From the NCBI RefSeq assembly GCF_001457615.1, contig NZ_LN831024.1:1-32000 (forward strand): DNA of 32,000 bases, written 5' to 3'. Below the pieces are notes generated by a model that worked only from the letters and a program-made list of their open reading frames with translations, was not told the origin of the DNA and did not search any database. Position numbers and translations under genes: made by a program. The stretch comes from Pseudomonas aeruginosa (GTDB lineage Bacteria > Pseudomonadota > Gammaproteobacteria > Pseudomonadales > Pseudomonadaceae). Below are positions 1 to 13,741 of the stretch, in pieces (positions within the stretch are counted from its first letter, which is position 1; every line of letters starts with the position of its first letter).

Positions 1-1545
1 GTGTCCGTGGAACTTTGGCAGCAGTGCGTGGATCTTCTCCGCGATGAGCTGCCGTCCCAACAATTCAACACCTGGATCCGTCCCTTGCAGGTCGAAGCCG
101 AAGGCGACGAATTGCGTGTGTATGCACCCAACCGTTTCGTCCTCGATTGGGTGAACGAGAAATACCTCGGTCGGCTTCTGGAACTGCTCGGTGAACGCGG
201 CGAGGGTCAGTTGCCCGCGCTTTCCTTATTAATAGGCAGCAAGCGTAGCCGTACGCCGCGCGCCGCCATCGTCCCATCGCAGACCCACGTGGCTCCCCCG
301 CCTCCGGTTGCTCCGCCGCCGGCGCCAGTGCAGCCGGTATCGGCCGCGCCCGTGGTAGTGCCACGTGAAGAGCTGCCGCCAGTGACGACGGCTCCCAGCG
401 TGTCGAGCGATCCCTACGAGCCGGAAGAACCCAGCATCGATCCGCTGGCCGCCGCCATGCCGGCCGGAGCAGCGCCTGCGGTGCGCACCGAGCGCAACGT
501 CCAGGTCGAAGGTGCGCTGAAGCACACCAGCTATCTCAACCGTACCTTCACCTTCGAGAACTTCGTCGAGGGCAAGTCCAACCAGTTGGCCCGCGCCGCC
601 GCCTGGCAGGTGGCGGACAACCTCAAGCACGGCTACAACCCGCTGTTCCTCTACGGTGGCGTCGGTCTGGGCAAGACCCACCTGATGCATGCGGTGGGCA
701 ACCACCTGCTGAAGAAGAACCCGAACGCCAAGGTGGTCTACCTGCATTCGGAACGTTTCGTCGCGGACATGGTGAAGGCCTTGCAGCTCAACGCCATCAA
801 CGAATTCAAGCGCTTCTACCGCTCGGTGGACGCACTGTTGATCGACGACATCCAGTTCTTCGCCCGTAAGGAGCGCTCCCAGGAGGAGTTCTTCCACACC
901 TTCAATGCCCTTCTCGAAGGCGGCCAGCAGGTGATCCTCACCAGCGACCGCTATCCGAAGGAAATCGAAGGCCTGGAAGAGCGGCTGAAATCCCGCTTCG
1001 GCTGGGGCCTGACGGTGGCCGTCGAGCCGCCGGAACTGGAAACCCGGGTGGCGATCCTGATGAAGAAGGCTGAGCAGGCGAAGATCGAGCTGCCGCACGA
1101 TGCGGCCTTCTTCATCGCCCAGCGCATCCGTTCCAACGTGCGCGAACTGGAAGGTGCGCTGAAGCGGGTGATCGCCCACTCGCACTTCATGGGCCGGCCG
1201 ATCACCATCGAGCTGATTCGCGAGTCGCTGAAGGACCTGTTGGCCCTTCAGGACAAGCTGGTCAGCATCGACAACATCCAGCGCACCGTCGCCGAGTACT
1301 ACAAGATCAAGATATCCGATCTGTTGTCCAAGCGGCGTTCGCGCTCGGTGGCGCGCCCGCGCCAGGTGGCCATGGCGCTCTCCAAGGAGCTGACCAACCA
1401 CAGCCTGCCGGAGATCGGCGTGGCCTTCGGCGGTCGGGATCACACCACGGTGTTGCACGCCTGTCGTAAGATCGCTCAACTTAGGGAATCCGACGCGGAT
1501 ATCCGCGAGGACTACAAGAACCTGCTGCGTACCCTGACAACCTGA
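1..1545 (+). CDS. dnaA: Chromosomal replication initiator protein DnaA (GTG start)
   Basis: 514-aa ORF with N-terminal [26 protein letters not shown], Walker [11 protein letters not shown], Walker [10 protein letters not shown] and C-terminal [15 protein letters not shown] DnaA-box-binding motif; followed by dnaN-recF-gyrB. Confidence 0.99.
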   Translation: MSVELWQQCVDLLRDELPSQQFNTWIRPLQVEAEGDELRVYAPNRFVLDWVNEKYLGRLLELLGERGEGQLPALSLLIGSKRSRTPRAAIVPSQTHVAPPPPVAPPPAPVQPVSAAPVVVPREELPPVTTAPSVSSDPYEPEEPSIDPLAAAMPAGAAPAVRTERNVQVEGALKHTSYLNRTFTFENFVEGKSNQLARAAAWQVADNLKHGYNPLFLYGGVGLGKTHLMHAVGNHLLKKNPNAKVVYLHSERFVADMVKALQLNAINEFKRFYRSVDALLIDDIQFFARKERSQEEFFHTFNALLEGGQQVILTSDRYPKEIEGLEERLKSRFGWGLTVAVEPPELETRVAILMKKAEQAKIELPHDAAFFIAQRIRSNVRELEGALKRVIAHSHFMGRPITIELIRESLKDLLALQDKLVSIDNIQRTVAEYYKIKISDLLSKRRSRSVARPRQVAMALSKELTNHSLPEIGVAFGGRDHTTVLHACRKIAQLRESDADIREDYKNLLRTLTT

Positions 1546-1573
1546 CGCAGCCCACGAGGCAAGGGACTAGACC

Positions 1574-2677
1574 ATGCATTTCACCATTCAACGCGAAGCC
1601 CTGTTGAAACCGCTGCAACTGGTCGCCGGCGTCGTGGAACGCCGCCAGACATTGCCGGTTCTCTCCAACGTCCTGCTGGTGGTCGAAGGCCAGCAACTGT
1701 CGCTGACCGGCACCGACCTCGAAGTCGAGCTGGTTGGTCGCGTGGTACTGGAAGATGCCGCCGAACCCGGCGAGATCACCGTACCGGCGCGCAAGCTGAT
1801 GGACATCTGCAAGAGCCTGCCGAACGACGTGCTGATCGACATCCGTGTCGAAGAGCAGAAACTTCTGGTGAAGGCCGGGCGTAGCCGCTTCACCCTGTCC
1901 ACCCTGCCGGCCAACGATTTCCCCACCGTAGAGGAAGGTCCCGGCTCGCTGAACTTCAGCATTGCCCAGAGCAAGCTGCGTCGCCTGATCGACCGCACCA
2001 GCTTCGCCATGGCCCAGCAGGACGTGCGTTACTACCTCAACGGCATGCTGCTGGAAGTGAACGGCGGTACCCTGCGTTCCGTCGCCACCGACGGCCACCG
2101 ACTGGCCATGTGCTCGCTGGATGCGCAGATCCCGTCGCAGGACCGCCACCAGGTGATCGTGCCGCGCAAAGGCATCCTCGAACTGGCTCGTCTGCTCACC
2201 GAGCAGGACGGCGAAGTCGGTATCGTCCTGGGCCAGCACCATATCCGTGCCACCACTGGCGAATTCACCTTCACTTCGAAGCTGGTGGACGGCAAGTTCC
2301 CGGACTACGAACGCGTACTGCCGCGCGGTGGCGACAAGCTGGTGGTCGGTGACCGCCAGCAACTGCGCGAAGCCTTCAGCCGTACCGCGATCCTCTCCAA
2401 CGAGAAGTACCGCGGCATTCGCCTGCAGCTTTCCAACGGTTTGCTGAAAATCCAGGCGAACAACCCGGAGCAGGAAGAGGCCGAGGAAGAAGTGCAGGTC
2501 GAGTACAACGGCGGCAACCTGGAGATCGGCTTCAACGTCAGTTACCTGCTCGACGTGCTGGGTGTGATCGGTACCGAGCAGGTCCGCTTCATCCTTTCCG
2601 ATTCCAACAGCAGCGCCCTGGTCCACGAGGCCGACAATGACGATTCTGCCTATGTCGTCATGCCGATGCGCCTCTAA
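1574..2677 (+). CDS. dnaN: DNA polymerase III beta subunit (sliding clamp)
   Basis: 367-aa ORF MHFTIQREALLKPLQLVAGVVERRQTLPVLSNVLL..., C-terminal YVVMPMRL; synteny. Confidence 0.99.
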   Translation: MHFTIQREALLKPLQLVAGVVERRQTLPVLSNVLLVVEGQQLSLTGTDLEVELVGRVVLEDAAEPGEITVPARKLMDICKSLPNDVLIDIRVEEQKLLVKAGRSRFTLSTLPANDFPTVEEGPGSLNFSIAQSKLRRLIDRTSFAMAQQDVRYYLNGMLLEVNGGTLRSVATDGHRLAMCSLDAQIPSQDRHQVIVPRKGILELARLLTEQDGEVGIVLGQHHIRATTGEFTFTSKLVDGKFPDYERVLPRGGDKLVVGDRQQLREAFSRTAILSNEKYRGIRLQLSNGLLKIQANNPEQEEAEEEVQVEYNGGNLEIGFNVSYLLDVLGVIGTEQVRFILSDSNSSALVHEADNDDSAYVVMPMRL

Positions 2678-2686
2678 ACATACTGA

Positions 2687-6213
<3,527 letters not shown>

Positions 6214-6241
6214 CGGGTCGGCAGACCGACCCTCATGGAAA

Positions 6242-6270
6242 CCCCGGCCTGGCGCCGGGGTTTTCTTTTT
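6242..6270 (+). terminator. Intrinsic terminator of gyrB
   Basis: CCCCGGC(6242-6248)-loop-GCCGGGG(6254-6260) followed by TTTTCTTTTT, 28 bp after the gyrB stop. Confidence 0.85.
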
Positions 6271-6450
6271 GCGCCAGGTAGCCTGGATATGTGCCTTGCC
6301 AAGGTGTGGCCGAGCCCCGGTTGCTCGCCAGCATTGGCACCCTGGACCCAAGCCTCCTGGCGGCGTGGCACCGCTTCTGTGGGCAGCGGTCGCCGGTCGG
6401 TTCGGTCGATCGTTTCCAGCCGGCCTTGCTTTGCGCCTCGCGTGAAAACA

Positions 6451-6480
6451 AGAAGCCCCGCTATGGCGGGGCTTCTTTTA
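6451..6480. terminator. Probable bidirectional intrinsic terminator between convergent gyrB and the acyltransferase gene
   Basis: Perfect 10-bp arms AGAAGCCCCG (6451-6460) / CGGGGCTTCT (6467-6476), then TTTA on + strand. Confidence 0.8.
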
Positions 6481-6524
6481 TCGAATCGGCGCACAGTGCG
6501 CCTTGCAGGGGGCTTTGCGGCCCT

Positions 6525-7298
6525 TCACGAGACCACCGACGGCTCCGGATGGCTGACCCGCTGCTGGATGGGGCTGATCTCGGCCATGGTCTCGCTGACC
6601 CAGGCTTCGGCGCGCTGGTTTAGCTCGGCGATGGCGCGCGGGCCTTCGCCTTCGGCGTGCATGGCCGGGCCGATCACCACCTGGATGGTGCCCGGGTACT
6701 TGGCCCAGCCGGCCTTGGGCCAATACTGCCCGGCGTTGTGGGCGATCGGCAGTACCGGTAGCCCGGCGTTGACCGCCAGGGCGGTGCCGCCGCGGGAGAA
6801 CTTGCCCATCTGCCCCACCGGAATACGCGTGCCTTCCGGGAAGATCAGCACCCAGGCGCCTTTCTTCAGGCACTCGTCGCCCTGCTTGGCCAGTTGCTTG
6901 AGGGCCAGCTTGGGCTGGCTGCGGTCGATGGCGATGGGCTTGAGCAGGGCCAGGGCCCAGCCGAAGAACGGCACGTAGAGCAGCTCGCGCTTGAGTACCT
7001 GGCTGAGTGGCTCGAAGAAGCCGGAGAGGAAGAAGGTTTCCCAGGTGCTCTGGTGCTTGGAGAGGATCACGCAGGGCTTTTCCGGGATGTTCTCCAGTCC
7101 GCGCACCTCGTAGCGGATGCCGGCGACCACGCGGGTCAGCCAGATCGCGAAGCGGCACCAGTTCTGTACCACGAAGCGGTAGCGGGCGCGGAACGGCAGG
7201 ATCGGCGCGATGAAGAAGCTGAGGGTGCCCCAGACGAACGCGCTGGCGGACAGCAGCAGGTAAAAGAGGACGGTTCTGATGGCCTGCACTGTCGACAT
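6525..7298 (-). CDS. lptA: PlsC-family 1-acyl-sn-glycerol-3-phosphate acyltransferase (lysophosphatidic acid acyltransferase)
   Basis: Start assigned at internal MSTVQAIRTVLFYLLL (258 aa); NHxxxxD-type motif SKHQSTWET and VFPEGT-type motif LIFPEGTRIP; matches PA0005 by position and sequence. The symbol collides with the unrelated LPS-transport gene lptA. Confidence 0.9.
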   Translation of the reverse strand: MSTVQAIRTVLFYLLLSASAFVWGTLSFFIAPILPFRARYRFVVQNWCRFAIWLTRVVAGIRYEVRGLENIPEKPCVILSKHQSTWETFFLSGFFEPLSQVLKRELLYVPFFGWALALLKPIAIDRSQPKLALKQLAKQGDECLKKGAWVLIFPEGTRIPVGQMGKFSRGGTALAVNAGLPVLPIAHNAGQYWPKAGWAKYPGTIQVVIGPAMHAEGEGPRAIAELNQRAEAWVSETMAEISPIQQRVSHPEPSVVS

Positions 7299-7309
7299 GT
7301 ATTCTGACC

Positions 7310-7846
7310 TTACTGAAGTAATGCGCTGGCGACTGCCGCCAGATCGTCGAATATCAGGGTGCCCTCTGGCAAGGGCTTGCCCAGCGTACGTACACCTTTT
7401 CCGGTCTTTACCAATACCGGCTGACAATCGACGGCCCGCGCCGCCTCCAGGTCACCGATGCTGTCGCCGACGAACCAGATACCCGACAGATCGACCCCGT
7501 AGTGCTCGCCGATCTGCCGCAGCATACCCGGCTTCGGCTTGCGGCAGTCGCAACCGTCGTCCGGTCCATGCGGACAATAGACGATGAGGCCGACCTCGCC
7601 GCCCTGCTCCGCGACCAGTTCGCGCAAGCGCGCATGCATGGCCTCGAGCACTGCCAGGTCGTAATAGCCACGGGCGATGCCGGACTGGTTGGTAGCCACC
7701 GCGACGGTCCAGCCGGCCTGGCTCAGGCGGGCGATGGCCTCGATCGAGCTGGGGATGGGGATCCACTCGTCGAGGGTCTTGATGTAATCGTCGGAGTCGA
7801 GGTTGATGACTCCATCGCGGTCGAGAATCAGCAGGGAACGGGACAT
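7310..7846 (-). CDS. gmhB: D-glycero-beta-D-manno-heptose-1,7-bisphosphate 7-phosphatase (HAD/HisB-like)
   Basis: Start at internal MSRSLLILDRDGVINLDSDDYIK; HAD DRDGV motif and Cys/His metal-binding segment CPHGPDDGCDCRKPKPGM. Confidence 0.92.
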   Translation of the reverse strand: MSRSLLILDRDGVINLDSDDYIKTLDEWIPIPSSIEAIARLSQAGWTVAVATNQSGIARGYYDLAVLEAMHARLRELVAEQGGEVGLIVYCPHGPDDGCDCRKPKPGMLRQIGEHYGVDLSGIWFVGDSIGDLEAARAVDCQPVLVKTGKGVRTLGKPLPEGTLIFDDLAAVASALLQ

Positions 7847-8177
7847 CGATGCGCAGTTGGCCATGAACGGAAAGGATCGATTCTACCTCAGCCAGCCGGA
7901 GCATCGCGGATGGATCGACGAGCCCCCTACGCTGGACAATCTGTACTAGATTCAATAATGGCAATGGAATGGCAATCCCAGGCCAGGGAGTCATTTGGCA
8001 CGCAGCAGTGGGTGTCTCGGAGTACGTGCGAACCCCTTGGCGGGTGGATCACCGGAGTAACGCAGTAAGCGCCTATCGCATGCCAGCACGGCCGACCGGC
8101 CGTGTTTCCACCACAGGTGGAGCGGGCATGACGACGGGGAGTTCCGGGGCGTCTGCCCGTTCCCAAGGACGGTAACC

Positions 8178-9884
8178 GTGAAACGCCTGAAAAAGACACT
8201 GCACCTTTCAAGCTTGTCCCTCGCTTCCCTGGCTCTTTCTTCCGCCGCCCTGGCGGCCGCTCCGGTCATGCTCGACCAGGGCAAGGAATGGACCGAAAGC
8301 CACCGCCAGGACTTCTACAGCCGCGACCAGGGCTCGCAGGTGATGCCCCTGCCCTGGCTCAAGGCGTTGCGACAGCCGGATGGAACGCCTTTCCTCGCCG
8401 ACAGCCTGGCCCGCTACGGCTATTTGCCCAACCCCAAGGCGCCCGCGGAAGGCCTGCCGGTGGGCTTCACCGTAGCCGGCACGGGCGCCCGGCAGATGGT
8501 CGGCATGACCTGTTCGGCCTGCCATACCCGGCAGATCGAGGTGAAGGGCACTGCCTATCGGATCGACGGCGGTCCGGCGATCGTCGACTTCCAGGCATTC
8601 CTCGCCGACCTCGATCGGTCCGTGGGACCGCTGACCAGCGATGACGCCGCCTTCGACGCCTTCGCCAAGCAGATCCTCGGGGCCAATCCGCCTCCCGGTG
8701 CGCGCGACGCTCTGCTCGCGGCGGTGAAGGAATGGTACGAGCCCTATCACACGCTGATCGAGCGCGCGCTGCCCAAGGACACCTGGGGACCGGCGCGGCT
8801 GGACGCGGTATCGATGATCTTCAACCGCCTTACCGGGCTGGATATCGGCACCGCGCCGCCCTACCTGATTCCCGACAACATCAAGGCGGCGGATGCGCCG
8901 GTGCGCTATCCGTTCCTGTGGAACGCGGCGCGGCAGAACAAGACCCAGTGGCCCGGCTTCGCCGCCAACGGCAACGACCTGCTCGGCCTGGCGCGCAATG
9001 TCGGCGAGGTCTACGGGGTGTTCGCCACCTTCCACCCGCAGAAGAGCAAGTTCCACCTGCTGGGCATGGACTACCTGAAGATCAACTCGGCCAACTTCCA
9101 CGGTCTGGGCAAGCTGGAAGACCTGATCAAGAAGATCGGCCCGCCGAAGTGGCCCTGGGCGGTGGACAAGCACCTGGCCAGGAAAGGCGCGCTGATCTTC
9201 GCCCGCAAGACCGACGAAGGTGGCTGCGTGGAGTGCCACGGCATCCGGATCAAGGACCTGGTGCTTTGGGACACTCCGCTGAGGGACGTCGGCAGCGACA
9301 GCCGCCAGCACGCCATCCTCGATGGCCAGGTGCAGACCGGCGTGATGGAGGGCGCGCGGATGCCGTTCGGCCAGCCGCTGAAGGCGACCGACGGAGCCTT
9401 CGATGTACTCGCCGTAGCGGTGGCCGGTTCGATCCTGCAGCACTTCGTGCCGATCCTCGGTGAGAAGCACGATGCCAAGGCGGCGGCGGTCAAGCCGGAA
9501 AGCGTGATGACCGACGAAACCCGGCAACTGCTGACCGCCTTCCAGAAGCCGGTGCGTACCCAGGCCGACCCCTACCCCTACGAGTCGCGGGTCCTGCAGG
9601 GGATCTGGGCGGCGGCGCCGTACCTGCACAACGGCTCGGTGCCGACCCTGGAAGAGTTGCTGAAGCCGGCCGCGGAGCGGGTGGAATCCTTCCCGGTGGG
9701 CTCGGCCTACGACGTGGACAAGGTCGGCCTCGCCGCCCAGCAGACCCAATTCGGCAGCTATGTGCTGAAGACCACCGGCTGCGAGCAGCGTGATTCCGGC
9801 AACAGCCGCTGCGGCCATGAGTACGGCACCAGCCTGTCGGCCGAGGAGAAGCGTGCGCTGCTGGAGTATCTGAAGGTCCTGTAG
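8178..9884 (+). CDS. Secreted diheme c-type cytochrome, RoxA-like/cytochrome c peroxidase-like family (PA0007-like)
   Basis: 568-aa ORF with N-terminal signal-like sequence ending SAALAAA, two CXXCH heme motifs CSACH (nt 8511-8525) and CVECH (nt 9226-9240), and N-terminal WTESHRQDFYSRDQGSQVMPLPWLKAL block. Confidence 0.8.
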   Translation: MKRLKKTLHLSSLSLASLALSSAALAAAPVMLDQGKEWTESHRQDFYSRDQGSQVMPLPWLKALRQPDGTPFLADSLARYGYLPNPKAPAEGLPVGFTVAGTGARQMVGMTCSACHTRQIEVKGTAYRIDGGPAIVDFQAFLADLDRSVGPLTSDDAAFDAFAKQILGANPPPGARDALLAAVKEWYEPYHTLIERALPKDTWGPARLDAVSMIFNRLTGLDIGTAPPYLIPDNIKAADAPVRYPFLWNAARQNKTQWPGFAANGNDLLGLARNVGEVYGVFATFHPQKSKFHLLGMDYLKINSANFHGLGKLEDLIKKIGPPKWPWAVDKHLARKGALIFARKTDEGGCVECHGIRIKDLVLWDTPLRDVGSDSRQHAILDGQVQTGVMEGARMPFGQPLKATDGAFDVLAVAVAGSILQHFVPILGEKHDAKAAAVKPESVMTDETRQLLTAFQKPVRTQADPYPYESRVLQGIWAAAPYLHNGSVPTLEELLKPAAERVESFPVGSAYDVDKVGLAAQQTQFGSYVLKTTGCEQRDSGNSRCGHEYGTSLSAEEKRALLEYLKVL

Positions 9885-9887
9885 TGA

Positions 9888-9922
9888 AAAAGGCCCGGTG
9901 TCGCGAGGACGCCGGGCCTTTT
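9888..9922. terminator. Bidirectional intrinsic terminator between the cytochrome gene (+) and glyS (-)
   Basis: Perfect 11-bp arms AAAAGGCCCGG (9888-9898) / CCGGGCCTTTT (9912-9922). Confidence 0.88.
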
Positions 9923-9940
9923 CTTCGAGGCGGGACTGGC

Positions 9941-11995
9941 TCAGCCGAGCAGCGAGATGTCCGCCACCCCGAGGAACGACCCGCGCAGCTTGGCCAGCAG
10001 CGCATAGCGGTTGGCGCGCACCGCCGCGTCGTCGACATTGACCATCACATCGGCGAAGAACGTATCCACCGGCTCGCGCAAGGCCGCCAGGCGGGCCAGC
10101 GCGGCGCGATAGTCGCGTGCCGCTGCCAGCGGCGCGACTTCGCTTTCGGCGTTCGCCACGGCGCTGCCCAGGGCCTTCTCGGCGGCTTCCACCAGCAGGC
10201 TGGCATCCACGTTCGGCGGAACCTCGTCCTCGGACTTGGCGAGAATATTCGACACCCGTTTGTTCGCCGCGGCCAGGGCCTCGGCTTCAGGCAACTGGCG
10301 GAAGGCCTGGACGGCCTGTACGCGCTGGTCGAAGTCCAGCGGCGAGCTTGGCTTGAGCGCGCGCACCGACTGGTACACGGCCACGTCCACGCCTTCGTCC
10401 TCGTAGCGCGCGCGCAGGCGGTCGAACACGAAGTCCAGCACCTGCTCGGCCAGGCCGGCGGCCTTGACCTTGTCGCCGTATTGCTCGACGGCGGCGTTGA
10501 CCGCGGCTACCAGGTCCAGGTCGAGCTGCTTCTCGATGAGGATGCGCAGCACGCCCAGCGCAGCGCGGCGCAGCGCGTAGGGGTCCTTGCTGCCGGTGGG
10601 AAGCATGCCGATGCCGAAGATACCGACCAGGGTATCGAGCTTGTCGGCCACCGCCACGGCGGCGCCGGTCAGGGTCGAGGGTAGCTCGGCGCCGGCGCCG
10701 CGCGGCATGTACTGCTCGTTGAGGGCCAGGGCGACGTCTTCCGCTTCGCCGCCGTGGGTGGCGTAGTAGTAGCCGGCGATGCCCTGCATTTCGGGGAACT
10801 CGCCGACCATCTCGGTCGCCAGGTCACACTTGGACAGGATGCCGGCGCGCGCGGCGTTCTGCGCATTGCCGCCTATACGTTCGGCGATGTAGGCGGCCAG
10901 GCCGGAGACGCGCTGGGCCTTCTCGAACACGGTGCCGAGCTGGGCCTGGAACACTACGTTGCGCAGGCGCTCATTGAAGCTTTCGAGCGGCTGCTTCTTG
11001 TCCTGCTTGAAGAAGAACTCGGCGTCGGTGAGGCGCGGGCGAACCACCTTCTCGTTACCGCTGACGATGTTCTCCGGCGCCTTGCTCTCGACGTTGGCGA
11101 CGGTGATGAAGCGCGGCAGCAGCTTGCCGTTGGCGTCCAGCAGGCAGAAGTATTTCTGGTTGTCCTGCATGGTGGTGATCAGGGCTTCCTGCGGGACCTC
11201 GAGGAAGCGCTCCTCGAAGGAGCAGACCAGCGGCACCGGCCACTCGACCAGTGCAGTCACTTCGTCGAGCAGGCTCGGCGGCACGATGGCGCTGCCCTGT
11301 TGCTCGGCGGCCAGTTCGGCCACGCGCTTGGCGATCAGCTCGCGGCGCTCGGCGAAATCGGCCAGCACATGAGCGCCGCGCAGGTCTTCCAGATACGCTG
11401 CCGGGCTGGAAATACGCACATTGTCCGGATTGTGGAAGCGGTGGCCACGGGATTCGCGCCCGGCTTTCTGGGCGAGGATCTCGCACTCGACCACATCGTC
11501 GCCGAACAGCATCACCAGCCATTGGGTCGGACGCACGAACTCCTCGCGGCGAGCTGCCCAGCGCATCCGCTTGGGAATCGGCAGTTCGTTCAACGAGGCC
11601 TCGACGATGCCAGGCAGCAGGCCGGCGGCCGGTTGGCCGGCGATGGTCTGGCTGAAGCGCAGCTTCGGACCGCTCTTGTCGATCTGCTGCAGATCCACGC
11701 CGCACTTCTTGGCGAAGCCCAGGGCGGCCTGGGTCGGGTTACCGCTGGCGTCGAAGGCGGCCTGTAGCGGCGGACCGTCTAGGTTGACGGTACGGTCGGG
11801 CTGCTGCACGGCGAGTTGCTCGACCAGCACGGCGAGACGGCGCGGCGCCGCATAGAAACGCGCAGCGGCATAGCTCAGACCGGCAGCCTTGAGGCCCTTC
11901 TCGATACCGCTGAGGAAGGCTTCGCCGAGGCTGTTGAGGGCTTTTGGCGGCAGCTCTTCGGTGCCCAGTTCGACCAGGAAATCCTTGGCGCTCAT
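9941..11995 (-). CDS. glyS: Glycyl-tRNA synthetase beta subunit
   Basis: [26 protein letters not shown]... (an alternative ATG one codon upstream at 11998); class II GlyRS beta N-terminus; adjacent glyQ. Confidence 0.97.
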   Translation of the reverse strand: MSAKDFLVELGTEELPPKALNSLGEAFLSGIEKGLKAAGLSYAAARFYAAPRRLAVLVEQLAVQQPDRTVNLDGPPLQAAFDASGNPTQAALGFAKKCGVDLQQIDKSGPKLRFSQTIAGQPAAGLLPGIVEASLNELPIPKRMRWAARREEFVRPTQWLVMLFGDDVVECEILAQKAGRESRGHRFHNPDNVRISSPAAYLEDLRGAHVLADFAERRELIAKRVAELAAEQQGSAIVPPSLLDEVTALVEWPVPLVCSFEERFLEVPQEALITTMQDNQKYFCLLDANGKLLPRFITVANVESKAPENIVSGNEKVVRPRLTDAEFFFKQDKKQPLESFNERLRNVVFQAQLGTVFEKAQRVSGLAAYIAERIGGNAQNAARAGILSKCDLATEMVGEFPEMQGIAGYYYATHGGEAEDVALALNEQYMPRGAGAELPSTLTGAAVAVADKLDTLVGIFGIGMLPTGSKDPYALRRAALGVLRILIEKQLDLDLVAAVNAAVEQYGDKVKAAGLAEQVLDFVFDRLRARYEDEGVDVAVYQSVRALKPSSPLDFDQRVQAVQAFRQLPEAEALAAANKRVSNILAKSEDEVPPNVDASLLVEAAEKALGSAVANAESEVAPLAAARDYRAALARLAALREPVDTFFADVMVNVDDAAVRANRYALLAKLRGSFLGVADISLLG

Positions 11996-12942
11996 CATTC
12001 GGCCTCCTTCAGCTTGGCCAGTACTTCGTCACGCAATTCGGGGGTGGCCATGGGGAAGCCGAGGCGCGCGCGGGCCTGCAGGTAGCTCTGCGCCACGGCG
12101 CGGGCCAGGGTACGCACGCGAAGGATGTAGCGCTGGCGCTCGGTGACCGAGATGGCGCGCCGCGCATCCAGCAGGTTGAAGGTATGCGAAGCCTTGAGGA
12201 CCATCTCGTAGGTCGGCAACGGCAGCTCCAGCGCGATCAGGCGGTTGGCTTCGCTTTCGTAGAAGTCGAACAGTTCGAACAGCTTCGGCACGTTGGCGTG
12301 CTCGAAGTTGAAAGTGGATTGCTCCACCTCGTTCTGGTGGAACACGTCGCCATAGGTGACCTTGCCGAACGGGCCGTCGGTCCAGACCAGGTCGTAGACC
12401 GAGTCCACGCCCTGCAGGTACATGGCCAGGCGCTCCAGGCCGTAGGTGATCTCGCCGGTGACCGGATAGCACTCGATGCCGCCGACCTGCTGGAAGTAGG
12501 TGAACTGGGTGACTTCCATGCCGTTCAGCCAGATTTCCCAACCCAGGCCCCAGGCGCCGAGGGTCGGCGACTCCCAGTTGTCCTCGACGAAGCGGATGTC
12601 GTGGACCAGCGGGTCGATGCCGATGGCTTTCAGCGAGCCGAGGTACAGCTCCTGGAAGTTCTCCGGGTTCGGCTTCAGGACCACCTGAAACTGGTAGTAG
12701 TGCTGCAGGCGGTTGGGGTTCTCGCCGTAGCGACCGTCGGTGGGGCGGCGGCTCGGCTGGACGTAGGCGGCGTTCCAGGTCTCCGGGCCGATGGCGCGGA
12801 GGAAGGTGGCGGTGTGGAAGGTGCCGGCGCCCACTTCCATGTCGTAGGGCTGCAGCACCACGCAGCCCTGCTCGGCCCAGTAGTTCTGCAGGGCGAGAAT
12901 CAGGTCTTGGAAGGTGCGCACGGCGGGCGTAGTCTGGCTCAC
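11995..12942 (-). CDS. glyQ: Glycyl-tRNA synthetase alpha subunit
   Basis: [56 protein letters not shown]; GTG start at 12942 has AGG about 8 nt upstream (alternative GTG at 12951); TGATG overlap with glyS. Confidence 0.95.
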   Translation of the reverse strand: MSQTTPAVRTFQDLILALQNYWAEQGCVVLQPYDMEVGAGTFHTATFLRAIGPETWNAAYVQPSRRPTDGRYGENPNRLQHYYQFQVVLKPNPENFQELYLGSLKAIGIDPLVHDIRFVEDNWESPTLGAWGLGWEIWLNGMEVTQFTYFQQVGGIECYPVTGEITYGLERLAMYLQGVDSVYDLVWTDGPFGKVTYGDVFHQNEVEQSTFNFEHANVPKLFELFDFYESEANRLIALELPLPTYEMVLKASHTFNLLDARRAISVTERQRYILRVRTLARAVAQSYLQARARLGFPMATPELRDEVLAKLKEAE

Positions 12943-13046
12943 GAAATTCACCTGTGCTGAGGCTTCGATACAAAACGCGGAAGTATACCCGATTCCCGCG
13001 CCGCCTCGCCCGTCCCCCCGATCCCTGGAAAACCACGGAAAGCCTT

Positions 13047-13598
13047 ATGCCACGCTGCTTCTGGTGCAACGACGATCCCCTCTACATGGCCTACCACGAT
13101 GAGGAGTGGGGTGTGCCGCAGCGCGATCCCGACGCGCTGTTCGAACTTCTGCTGCTGGAGGGCTTCCAGGCCGGGTTGTCCTGGATCACCGTGCTGAAGA
13201 AGCGCGAGCGCTACCGCGAGGTGCTGTTCGGCTTCGACGTGCAGCGGGTGGCACAGATGAGCGACGCGGAGATCGACGAACTGATGCTCGACCCCGGCAT
13301 CATTCGCAATCGGGCCAAGCTCAACGCTGCGCGGCAGAACGCCCAGGCCTGGCTGGAGCTGGATGACCCGGCTGGGTTCCTCTGGTCCTTCGTCGGCGGC
13401 CAGCCGAAGATCAACCATTTCGCTGGTCGCGCCGAGGTGCCGGCGATTACCCCGGAAGCCGAGGCCATGAGCAAGGCGCTGCGCAAGGCCGGCTTCAACT
13501 TCGTCGGGCCGACCATCTGCTACGCCTTCATGCAGGCCAGCGGCATGGTCATGGACCATACCCAGGACTGCGACCGTTACGCCCAACTCGTCGGCTAG
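13047..13598 (+). CDS. tag: DNA-3-methyladenine glycosylase I
   Basis: Internal start MPRCFWCNDDPLYMAYHDEEWGVPQRD; GlyI family CxW..DP motif and C-terminal HTQDCDRY. Confidence 0.96.
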   Translation: MPRCFWCNDDPLYMAYHDEEWGVPQRDPDALFELLLLEGFQAGLSWITVLKKRERYREVLFGFDVQRVAQMSDAEIDELMLDPGIIRNRAKLNAARQNAQAWLELDDPAGFLWSFVGGQPKINHFAGRAEVPAITPEAEAMSKALRKAGFNFVGPTICYAFMQASGMVMDHTQDCDRYAQLVG

Positions 13599-13627
13599 CC
13601 GGGCGCTCCCTGACGGATGCGTTCGGA

Positions 13628-13643
13628 TGTTCCACGTGGAACA
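13628..13643. promoter_or_regulatory. parS-like ParB binding site, perfect palindrome TGTTCCACGTGGAACA, intergenic tag/htrB-like
   Basis: Perfect 16-bp palindrome, extended to GATGTTCCACGTGGAACATC (13626-13645). Confidence 0.95.
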
Positions 13644-13741
13644 TCGGCGCGCAGCATAGCTGGTCGCCCCGCTTCCTTGGCTGCCGCCCTCGCCTTCTTC
13701 CTGGCGTACAATGCGCGTTCGAGTCGAGCGAGGAGTGTTTC

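Noticed and set aside
240-480. Proline/alanine-rich low-complexity segment in dnaA
   Set aside because: This is the normal variable domain II linker of DnaA, not an insertion.
1546-1573. Possible oriC between dnaA and dnaN
   Set aside because: The gap is only 28 bp with no TTATCCACA-type boxes or AT-rich segment. The origin is expected upstream of dnaA, outside this window.
7956-7978. Short direct repeat GGCAATGGAATGGCAAT upstream of the cytochrome gene
   Set aside because: Too short and too few copies to separate from chance; not a CRISPR or a convincing tandem operator.
8208-9818. 536-aa minus-strand ORF opposite the diheme cytochrome gene
   Set aside because: Antisense shadow; the plus-strand frame has a signal peptide and two CXXCH motifs.
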